Assembly: GCF_964213995.1 (NCBI RefSeq)
Contig: NC_135808.1
Span: 34,658,001-34,722,000, forward strand
Source: Mustelus asterias
Taxonomy: Eukaryota
Length of the DNA: 64,000 bases
Reading direction: 5' to 3'
How positions within the stretch are numbered: position 1 is the stretch's first letter; every line of letters begins with the position of its first letter. The notes under the pieces are model-generated. The model worked only from the letters and a program-made list of their open reading frames with translations, was not told the origin of the DNA and searched no databases. A program made the translations under genes and the position numbers. Below are positions 38,001 to 50,000 of the stretch, in pieces.

Positions 38001-41000
38001 TTTGGAATTGGGCTGATCATCCTGCTGGCTGGAGTGATTATGAAGCTGAGGAATGCTAAAGGTAAGATTCTGTTCAGTGAGCACAAAACCCCTACCCTCA
38101 GGATGTGACTCTGGGTAGTCTGATTTCATAGAAGGCTCTACAAAAGAAAGATCAGGATGATGGCTGGGAACATCCAAATATTTTAAGCCTTCCTGGCTTC
38201 CAACCTAAAGTTGACATGTTAACCTTGCTTGTGGTAACAATCCTTGTATTGGGAGTCAGCTAGTTTGAGTCTTGGTGCAATGTGAGGGAAGAAACTAATC
38301 AAAACCGGAGCAATTTCACTGGGAAACTTTTATTGAAGGCAACACCACAGGCAGGAAATTCCTTCCCTCTGAACAAATTTCTTACTAAAGTAGTTGGTGG
38401 AATCATTGGATATTTCCAAATTGTCCTTCTGGAGCTGAATATGTAATAGTAACAGCGGTTAATGCAGTGCTGATTTTTCCACAATTATAAAAGGTGGCTT
38501 GAGTTAACCTGCTATCAAAGCACAGGAACAGGCCCTTCAGCCCACCAAATCCATGCTGACAGATGCCTGATCTAATTTTTTTGCCTGTGGTCCATAATCC
38601 CTCTATTCCCTGCCTCTTCACATATGTATCCAGTTACCTCTGTAATGTTTAGCTACATCCCATAGTAGCTTGTCAAACCCAATGAACAAGGCCTCACTTT
38701 AAAAAAAAATTGGTGTAACAAATCAAAACATTATATTGGCAATTTAAAGTGATTTTTTTTAAAATTTGAGGTGTAATTTGCCTGTTAATGTTTTGGGTTT
38801 AATTGTTATGGCTGTAGAAAATTGTGGAAGACTACAAGCTCTTGCTCCCACCCCTCACAATAAATGTCATCAAGAGTAGATGGAACTATTCCCACTGAAA
38901 GGATCAAGAACTAAAGGTCACAAGTGCACACTCTGCACTATAGGCACATGTATTCTATACATTTAAAATTAAGTTGAGCTACATTAAATTGCAATGTAAC
39001 CAGATATTTATTTTAAATATTGTAGACAAGTGTTACAGGTTCTGTCAGTATCTCGGTGAAATGAGGGATTGAGAACAGACAACCAAACAAGTTCAAAGCT
39101 GATAATGTGCAGGGGAAGTGAGACCCTGAATTCCATATAGCATTGTGTTGTGGGTTTGTCTGTGGTTGGCGGGGGGGGAATGTTGCTGACATGTGAATTT
39201 GACTATGCTGAACACCACTAGAACTGAAACTTTGGCTTTCAGGCACTGAGTTAGCAATGCAGCGAGCGAAGCTGTGACTGTCTGAAGGGACATTGGGCTT
39301 GAGTGAAGTAATTGTCCACATCAGGGCTGTGGAACTTGAGACCTGTTTCCAGAATCTTAAAGTGCAGAAGGAGGTCATTCAGCCCATTGTGTCTGCATTG
39401 GCACTCTGAACAATTCACTTCTCCTGCCTTCTTTATCGTCATATTACAGCACAGAGGCCCTTTGGCCCACATGACGCACTGGCCATCAAGTACCAGTCTA
39501 TTTTATAGTTCCTTTTGAATACTTTGATTAAACCTGTTTTCACAACTCCATGCATTCTAGACCATAACCAATTAATGCATGATTTTTTTCTCTTCGCTTT
39601 TGCTGCTTTTTGTCAATTACTTTAAACTTGTGACCTTTAGTTCTTGATCCTTTCAGTGGGAATAGTTCCATCTACTCTTGATGACATTTATTGTGAGGGG
39701 TGGGAGCAAGTGCTTGTAGTCTTCCACAATTTTCTACAGCCATAACAATTAAACCTAAAACATTAACAGGCAAATCACACAAATTTTTAAAAATCACTAA
39801 ATTGCCAATATAATGTTTTGGTTTGTTATTGCTAAATTGAGACCTTTGTTGGTTGTTTGACAAGCTACTATGGGATCTAGCTAAACATTGCAGAGGCCAC
39901 TGGATAGATACATGAATAGGCAGGGAATAGAGGGCTATAGACCGTGCAGAGGCAAGAAAATATTAGAGGCATCTGTCAGCACAGACTTGGGGGGGCTGAA
40001 GGGCCTGTTCCTATGCTGTACTGTTCTTTGATAGCAGGTTAACTCCAACAATCTTTTATTATGGTGGAAAATTCAGCACTGCTCAATTTATCTGGCTGAC
40101 CTCATCCTGGTCAATGCTCCTCAGACAAGTTTTCATATATTATCTGGATAACACTTGCTCCAAGTTTGATCCAAATCTGAACTTGTAGTCTTTCACAACC
40201 ACTGTCTCAAAACATTTACAGTCGATGAAATCTATTGTAATGTAGGAAACCGGACAAAATTTATAAACCACAAACTCCCAGATGGGCAATGCTATAGAAC
40301 CATAACATTGTAGCACAGAAACAGGCCTTTTGGCCCTTGGCAGTGCTGAACCATTTTTCTGCCTAGTCCCACTGAACTGCACCTGGACCATATCCCTCCA
40401 CACCCCTCATCCATGTACCTGTCCAAGTTTTTCTTAAATGTTAAGTGAGCCCGCATTCACCACTTCATCTGGCAGCTTATTCCACACCCACCACTCTGTA
40501 GAAGCCCCCCTAATATTCCCTTAAACTTTTCCCCCTTCACCCTTAACCCATGTCCACTAGTTGTTTTTCTCCCCTAGCCTCAATGGGAAAAGCCTACTTG
40601 CATTCAGTCTACCTATACCCATAATTTTATACACCTCTATCAAATCTACACTCCAGAGAATAAAGTCTGAACCTATTCAACCTTTCTCTGTAACTCAGTC
40701 TCAAGACCCAGCAACATCCTTGTCAACCTTCTCTGCACTCTTTCAACCTTATTAATATCCTTCCTGTAATTGGGTGACCAAAACTGCACACAATACTCTA
40801 AATTCGGCCTCACCAATGTCTTATACAACCTCACCATAACATTCCAACTCCTATACTCATTTATAAAGGCCAATGTACCAAAAGCACTCTTTACAACCCT
40901 ATCTACCTGTGACACTTTTAGGGAATTATGTATCTGTATTCCCAGATCCCTCTGTTCTACTGCACTCTTCAGTGTCCTACCATTTACCTTGTATGTTCTA

Positions 41001-44000
41001 CCTGGGTTTGTCCTTCCAAAGTGCAATACCTCACACTTGTCTGCATTTAATTTCATCTGCCATTTTTCTAGCTGGTCCAAATCCCTCCAAGTTTTGAAAA
41101 CCTTCCTCACTGTCCACTACACCTCCAATCTTTGATCATCAGCAAACTTGCTGATCCAATTTACCACATTATCATCCAGATCATTGATACAGATGACAAA
41201 CGACAATGGACCCAGCACTGATCCCTGTGGCACACCACTAGTCACAGGCCTCCACTCAGAAGCAATCCTCCACTACCACTCTCTGGCTCAATGGAAGAAG
41301 CCAATGTCGAATCCAATTTACTACCTCCATGTATACCTAGCAACTGAACCTCCCTAACTAACCTCCCATGTGGGACCTTGTCACAGGCCTTACTGAAGTC
41401 CATGGAGACAACATCTGCCTTCCCTTCATCCACTTTTCTGGTAACCTCCTCACAAAACTCTAATAGATTGGTTAAACATGACCTACCACGCACAAAGCCA
41501 TGTTGACTTTCCCTAATGTCCCTGTCTACCCAACTATTTGTAGATCCTATCTCTTAGTACTCCTTCCAATTTACCTACTACTGACGTCAAACTTACTGGC
41601 CTATAATTTCCCACTTTACTTTTTGAGCCTTTTTTAAACAATGGGACAACATGAGCTATCCTCCAATCATCCGGCACCTCCCCCTTGGATACCGGCATTT
41701 TAAATATATCTGCCAGGGCCCCTGCAATTTCAACACTAGTCTCCTTCAAGGTCTGAGGGAATACCCTGTCCAGTTCTGGGTATTTATCTACTCTGATTGC
41801 CTCAAGACAGCAAGCACCACCTCCCCTTTAATCTGTATAGGTTCCATGACCTCCCTACTTGTTTGTCTTATTTCCATAGACTCCATGCCAGTTTCCTTAG
41901 TAAATACGGATTCAAAAAACCCATTTAATATCTCCCCCATTTCTTTTGGTTCCATACATAGCTGTCCTCTCTGATCTTCAAGAGGACCAACTTAATCCCT
42001 TACTATCCTTTTGCTCTTAATGTACCTGTAGAAGCTCTTAGAATTATCTTTCACCTTGTCTGCCAAAGCAACCTCATGTTGTCTTTTAGCCCTCATTTCT
42101 TAAGTAGTTTCTTGCATCTTTTATACTCTAAGCATCTTATTTGCTCCCTGTTGCCTATACATGTCATACATCTCTCTCCTTTGAGAGTTGAGAGTTCCAA
42201 TATCCCTTGAACCAAGGTTCCTTATTCTTATTCACTTTGCCTTTAATCCTGACAGGAACATACAAACTCTGCACTCAACATTTCTCTTTTGTAGGCCTCC
42301 CACTTGCCAATCACAGCCTTGCCAGAGAACAGCCTGTCCCAATCCATGCTTTTTGGATCCTTTCTCTCATTTCTTCAAATTTGGCCTTTTTCCAGTTTAG
42401 AACCTCAACCTGAGGACCAGATCTATCTTTATCCATGATCAAGTTGAAACTAATAGCGTTATGATCACTGGAACCAAAGTGTTCCCCTACACATACTTCC
42501 GTCACTTGTCCTAACTCGTTTCCTAATAGGAAATCTAATATTGCATCCTCTAGTTGGTACCTCTATATATTGATTTAGAAAATTTTCCTGAACACATTTT
42601 ACAAACTCTAACCCGTCTAGACCTTTAACAGTATGGGAGTCCCAATCTATATGTGGAAAATTAAAATCCCCTACTATCACAACTTTGTTTCCTGCAGTTG
42701 TCGGCTATCTCTCTGCAGATTTGCTCCAATTCTCACTGACTATTGGGTGGTCTATAATACAACCTCATTAATGTGGTCATACCTTTCCTGTTTCTCAGCT
42801 CCACCCATATGGCCTTGGTAGACTAGCTCTCTAATCTGTCTTGCTTGAGCACTGCTGTAACATTTTCCCTGACTAGCAATGCCACCCCCCCCACCCTTCA
42901 TCCCTCTGCCTCTATCATGTCTGAAACATCGGAACCCTGGAACATTGAGTTGCCAGTCCTGCCCCTCCTGTAGCCAAGTTTTACTAATGGCTATAATGTC
43001 ATAATTCCATGTGTCAATCCACACCCTCAGCTCATCTGCCTTCCCCACAAGACTCCTGGCATTGAAATAGACACACCCTCCCCAATAACACTAGCAAACC
43101 TCCCTGCAAGTATATTGGTCCCCTTGTAGATCAGGTGTAACCCGTCTCTTTTGTACAGGTCCCACCTGCTCCAGAAGAGGTCCCAATGATCTAGAAATCT
43201 GAAACCCTGCCCCCTACACCAGTTCCTCAGCCACATGTTCATCTGCCTGAGCATCCTACTCTTGCCCTCACTGGCACATGGCACAGGTAGCAATCCTGAG
43301 ATTACTACCCTCGGGGTCCTGCTTTTTAACTTCCTACCAAACTCTCTATACTCTTCCTTCCTATGTCATTGGTACCGATGTGTACCATGACATCTGGCTG
43401 ATCACCCTCCCATTTCAGAATGCTGTGCATGCGATCAGAGACATCCCTGACGCTGGCACCTGGGAGGCAACAAACCATCTGGGAGTCTGTCACAGCCACA
43501 GAACCTCCTGTCTGTACCTCTGACTATCGAGTCCCCTATCACTACCGCTCTCCTCTTTCTCCACCCTCCCTTCTGCGCTGCAAAACCAGCTGCTGCAACT
43601 TGCCCCAGGTAAGGCATCCCCCACAACAGTATCCAGATTGGTATACCTGTTGTGGAGGGAAATGGCCACAGGGGAACCCTGCTCTGCCTGCCCTTTCCCT
43701 TTTCCCTCGCTTGATGGTAACCCAATTGCCTGTGCTCTGCCTTTGGCGTAACTACCTCCCTGAAGCTACTATCAATAAACTCCATTCTCCCGAATGATCC
43801 AGAGGTCATCCAGCTCCTGCTCCAGTTCCCTAACGTGGTTTGTTGGGAGCTGCAGCTGGATGGTCCTCCCGCAGGTGTCGTTGTCAGGGACACTGGAGGT
43901 CTCCCTGACTTCCCACATCCTGCAAGAGATGCATTCCAATATCCTGCCTGGCAATGATGACCAGATAATCTGTCTGTAATGTGCGATGGTTTAATATTGG

Positions 44001-47000
44001 TCCAAACCAGGAATGACTGTCCTGCTTGTCACCATTGTGTATTAACCTCTGATCAAGTCTGAGAATAAGATGTAAACCCACAACCTTCTGACTTGGTGAA
44101 CTAACCATGTTTGTTGTTTTCTTTCAGCCATCCTGGATTCCAGCAATCACGGCCCACGTAAGTATTTCAGCAAATAACTATTTCAAATCTGTTGTGGATT
44201 TCTATCACTGCATTGACAGCTAGAATTACCCAGCTCAGATACAGCAGTTTGGACAGAGTAAAGCTTCCTCTGCACTGATTAGGAATTGGATTCAGAATGT
44301 CCCAAACTCCAGTGTTGGTGAAAGCCAGTTTTTATCAAGATTTATGGGGTTCACTTGTTTACAATAACCCCACCAATCATAAATCGGATCAGGTTCTAGA
44401 GACATAACCACATGACAAGAACACTTTAAATGGTGAATTCAGGAAGTTTATTCACTTAAAAATAAGTCCGAATTTAAAAAGCAAAGTATCAGAAGAGAAA
44501 GCTCTAACAATTGAATAAACTTCTCTCCATCCTTAGAGCAAGTAATATATTGACAACATTGAAAACAGCTCTCAGCACCTCAAATATTGTCTTCCCATCT
44601 CCTTCTGTCTGCCCCCTCTTCCTGTCCCTCTCCCCATGTGGGAGCAAACCCACACACTGGGAGAACATGCAAACTCCACAAACAGTGGCCCAAACTGGGA
44701 ATCAAACCCAGGTCCCTGGTGCTGAGGCAGCAGTGCTAACCACTATGCCACCCCACTGTATGAAAGACCATGCCTCTCTCGGTAGGCTGAGGGAGTATAG
44801 CTCAGTGGTAAAGCAATTTGACTATGTGGAATAGTGACAGTGGTTAGACTGGTGCCTCTCGGCACCAGGGAGCCAGGTTTGATTCTGGCCTTGGGTGTCT
44901 GTCTTGTAGCACTTGCACATTCTCTCCATGGGTTTCCTCTAGTGCAAAAATGTGCAGGTTGGTGGATTGACCATGCTACGTTGCCCCTTAGTGTGGGATA
45001 GGGCAGGGGGTGGGCCTGGATAAGGTGCTGAGTTGGTGCAGATTTGATGGGTTGAATGGCCCCCTTCTGCACAGTGGGGATTCTGTCATGGCCAATAAGT
45101 GATTTACTTGGCTGTCATTGGGAGTTGAGGTCCTGCAGACCTATTCAGCCACCCTCTTAGTCAAGGTTAACACATTGTTGCTTTTGTCTGTTGCCTGAGC
45201 ATTTTCAGACTAATTAATAAAACATTTGTGTTCCAAATAACATTTCCAGGCTTTCTAACTTGAATTACTTTGTGTCGCAATTAAGTTATCTACTTGACTT
45301 ATCTAGCTGGTTTCCAATAATGGTTTGTTTTTATTAATGGCTTCCATCAATTTTAGCAGAAAATGCTGAAGAACCTAGTGATTCAAACTGCAAAATGATC
45401 ACACTGAAACTACCAACAGTCCCCAGGTTGAGGGTGAAATATTGTCAATTTATTGATCCCTCGCTATCCAATTCACCCTTGTGGGTTTCACTTGGGCCTC
45501 AGAATTTATTTCTAGTCCAAATCCATTGAATTTGTAGCCTCCTGTGAAGACAAATAACAGGATGAACAGAACAACAATTGTGGTCATTTGTATGAGCACA
45601 AAGATGGTGGAAATGGGTCTTAACCAGGCTGTTCACTTGCATTAAAAACAGTTGCCATGTTGTTGCATAGTTATATAACATCTGTGAAATTGCCAAATTC
45701 GTCTAGTCAGTCTCTTGGGATGCTGGCATTGGTCCTGGGGCTTCCATCCCTGTTGGCTAGATGTTAATTCTTGGAAAAGGCAGGATGTGAAGAGTCAGGA
45801 CATCTGTAAATAAAGTGCAGTAGTTACTCTTTAGTTAATTGACTAATACTGTCCCATTTATTTTCTCTGCTTTCTCTTTTGCCTTTCATGGTGGCAACAT
45901 GTTTGCCCACATTGGGGTAATCTGTACACTACTTTGTTCCCTTTCTCCACCACTTCAGAAGATTATGGATGGTGAGGTAAAGCTTGTGTGATTCCAAGGA
46001 ATTTTTGCAATTAAGTGAAAATGTTTCTGGGGTGAAATGTGACCCTCGGCACTATCAATCTGTAGTAATTGTCCCCACCTACAGATTACCTCAATCAATA
46101 CCCAGTCCTCCTTAAAGCTGCAACCAATTTCATACTCCACATTACTTCCTAACCTTCCATCCCAATTCAAAATTCATTGAACTTTAATGTTCATCTAGCA
46201 GTATTGATACTTCAGTTGCGAGCAATTAAAGAACTAACTTCACAAAGTGAACCAAAGATAAAGATTTAATAAAGAAACTTCATTGCACCAACACAGGCCA
46301 CACAAAGCTCCCCACAATTCCCACCTGCTTTCTTTATATACTGGATCAGCTGGTCCCTCAATGTAACTAATAGTTACATGTTAACACTTTGACTCCGAGC
46401 AGTATCTTTGTTTTAAAGTCAGCTTCTCTATGAAGTAGGTGTCAATGCCTCTAATTTAAGGATGTTTCATGCTGGTTGAAGTAGTTATACATGACTGAGA
46501 CCTATTTTTAATGTGACTGAATACAAGATCAAGTGTAGTATCAATGTGCTGCACTTGTTTGAAGTCATGAGATTACACTGAGGCTTCATTTGAAGCAATT
46601 TAAAGCAGCATCTTGGCCTTTTGGTTAAGATGCAAATGAGATCAAGCCTTGGAGGTGCTATGCCTGCTCCAATCAGCTTGGATCATGTAGATCAAGCCCA
46701 AGATGGTGAGGCCTGGATTGGGAATGCCTCACTGGCTGAGACTCTGAATTGGACTTTGATTGGATTGAATTGGATATATAAACAAAAAACATTTGCCTGA
46801 ATATCTCCTGATCTTTGAACCAGCTGATTTCCCATATTCTCATTTTGATTTATTGTCAATGTATTAACAAAGTCATTCTTGCACACATGCCATTCATAGG
46901 GAAGGAAATGAGAGAGTGCAGAATGTAGTGTTAGTCATAGCTAGGGTGTAGAGAAAGATCAACTTAATGCAAGGTAAGTTCATTCAAAAGTCTGACAGCA

Positions 47001-50000
47001 GCAGGGAAGAAGCTGTTCTTGAGTTGGTTGGGACATGACCTCAGATTTTATCTTTTTCCCAACAGAAGGTGGAAGAGAGAATGTCTGGGGTGCATGGGGT
47101 CCTTAATTATGCTGGTTGCTTTGAGGCAGTGGGAAGTATAGACCGAGTCAATGGATGGGAGGTTGGTTTGTGTGATGGATTGGGCTACATTCTCAACCTT
47201 TTTGTAGCTCCTTGCCATCTTGGGCAGAGCAGGAGCCATACCAAGCTGTGATACAACCAAAATGCTTTCTATGGTGCATCTGTAAAAGTTGGTGAGAGTT
47301 GTAGCTGACATGCCAAATTTCCTTAGTCTTCTGAGAAAGTAGGTGTTGGTGGGTTTTCTTAACTATATAGTGTCGGCATAGGGGGATTAGGACAGGTTGT
47401 TGATCTGGACACCTAAACCTGAAGCTCTTGACCCTTTCCACTTCGTCCCTGATGTAGACAGGGGCATGTTCTCCTTTCGACTTCCTGAAGTTGATAACAA
47501 TTTCCTTTTGTTGACTTTGAGGGAGAGACTATTGTTGCTTCACCAGATTCTCTCTCATTCCTGTACTCTCATTGTTTGAGATCTGACCCACTACAGTGGT
47601 GTCATCTGCAAACTTGAATATCGAATTGGTGGGGAATTTGGCCACATGGTCATAGGTGTATGTAGCGGGATCTTTCTCTTTACTCCACTTATAGGCCGGT
47701 ATTTGGGGGTCTGCCGATAGCTGCGAGTGTCTCTCTCTCACAGGCCTTGAAATTTCAAAGGCCGGGGAATGCTGCACTGGGGCAACTCCGCAGGAGAGAG
47801 CGCTGAACCAGGCTCACCGTTTATACCTGACCGGTAACCTGATACTTATATCACACAGCCATCCCAAAACCACCACCAAGGCCTGAGTGATTCTCTCCCT
47901 TGTCGGTGGGACAACTGCCACCCTGCACCCACTCCACTCGAGTAGGTCTCCAAGAGAGAGAACAGAGACTCTGTTCTTTATCTCCTGACCAGCAGTCTCC
48001 CTTGAGTGAGTGGGTTCGAATCACTCAGATCACCCTTGGTTCTAGACTCTGGATTTATGGTAAGGGATATTGAAACTGTGACCTTGTCAGTGCGCTGATG
48101 GAACAAGAGGCAAGACTAACTCCAAACGAGTTTCAAAACTTAGTGATTTAACAATAGAATCAACCTCTCCAATACCACACATGAATAAAACTTAGCATTT
48201 CTCTCATAGTGATAGTATAAAGTATAACAGGTACAATGTAAAATCTTTACACAGTTCAAAACAAGATTACTGAACTTTAAAATTACAATACACCACCCCT
48301 CCCCTTGCCTCAACCTCTATCCTATCCTCGGGAGCTTCACAAGGTTGGCTGGGATACTCACAATTCTAAAAGGGGTTCCTTTGTGGTGGGCTCAAACATC
48401 TTCATGCAGGGTTGAAACTGGGCTGCTGTTGGTCTTCACCTCTGCACATGAGCTTGCTCTGGCTTGTCTGCCTCGTTTGATCTTGACTTCAGCCTAATTT
48501 AACAACCAACTTCCCTGCCCCCATAGGTGATTTTCAAGGACAAAGGGGCTTTTGATCACCGGCAGTCTCCGTTTAATTGAGTCAAGTCCAAACAAGGCTG
48601 GGACTGCCTTGACCCCCGTTGGTCGTTATTTTAATGTATTTTTAATGCTCCTCTGAAGCTTCCTGAACGGTGTCCCATTAGTGGGATGGGTGGTCTTGTC
48701 TTCTGTGGATGGGGCTGATTTCTGTGGCCACTGTCTCCCTGCTGGCCTGTTTACTGTTCGTCTGCTGGTCTCCATCTCCCTTTGTCCTTCTGATGATTAG
48801 ATCACTGTCTGCCTTTCTGCTGCACCTGGCCACTTGCACCTTTCCTTAGCACAGTCCACAGCTTATGTTTGTCCTACCGAGCCTTCTGGGAGGTTTTATC
48901 AGACAGTTGGCCACTTTTAAACTGTCAGGTTTCTCCTGAGTCCTTTTAAAATATGGAGGATTGCCCTGAAACTTGGTGTATAAGGACTATAGTAGGGGGT
49001 TAAGAGCACAGCCTTGTGGGGCACCAGTGTTGAGATCATAGAGGTGTTGTTGCCTATCCTTGCTGATTGCGATCTGAGTTAGGAAGTTCAGGATGCAGTC
49101 AGAGGGAGGTGCTGAGGCCCAGGAGATGAGTTTGGAGATGAGTTTTGTGGGAATAATAGTGTTGAAGGCTGAGCTATAGTCAATAAATAGGTGTCCTTGT
49201 TACCTGTTTACTTCACACACAACACATCACATCTGCACACTTATGCAACATCTCTATCATGCAGACATATTCTAGACTGAGCTGATCTTCACAGCCTTTG
49301 CTCATCTGTCTATATTTAGTCCTGATTCAGTTAGTGGCCAGACTAATGAATTTGGTTCTGAGGCAAGGACACTAATCTCCGAGAGGAATCTGTTAATTTA
49401 ACTAGGGTGGGATCCTCCTAGCTGTGTTTCTTGGTGCAGTATGATCTCCTGGTCCCACCACTGTCATGAATTTGCTATTGATTCCACCCCACACTGGGAA
49501 ACCTGCAATGGGGGTGTGCCATCAGCAGGACTGGAGCATCCAGCTTGTGTGAGCAGCCAGAAAAATTCCAGCCCCAGTCTAATTCTAGTGAAAGGAAAGT
49601 GCACCCAATGTGATCTTGCTAACACATGATAGTTGCCACCTAATCTTTGAGCTCTGGAGAAACTTTACAGTTCAATAAAATGTCCTCCTACCTTTAAAAC
49701 AGAAATCAAATATCTTTGATTCTAACCATTAGCATATTTTGCTTGTTCATTATTTTGGATGGCATTTCCTAAATTACACCAGACATTCCCAATTCCAAAT
49801 TATGATTTTGTTTATGCACTAACAAGTTTCCTTTTTACTCATTTACCTTGAATGCTCTTCCTAAATAAGGAAAAAATACTTAGAAATGGCATTTGCATAG
49901 TTTTGTCTTTAACTTGAAAATAGCTTTTAATCTTATTCATGACATAGAACTGCATCTATTGGCACCTGGATTTTGAAAGAAAAATCCATTGTGGTTCTGG

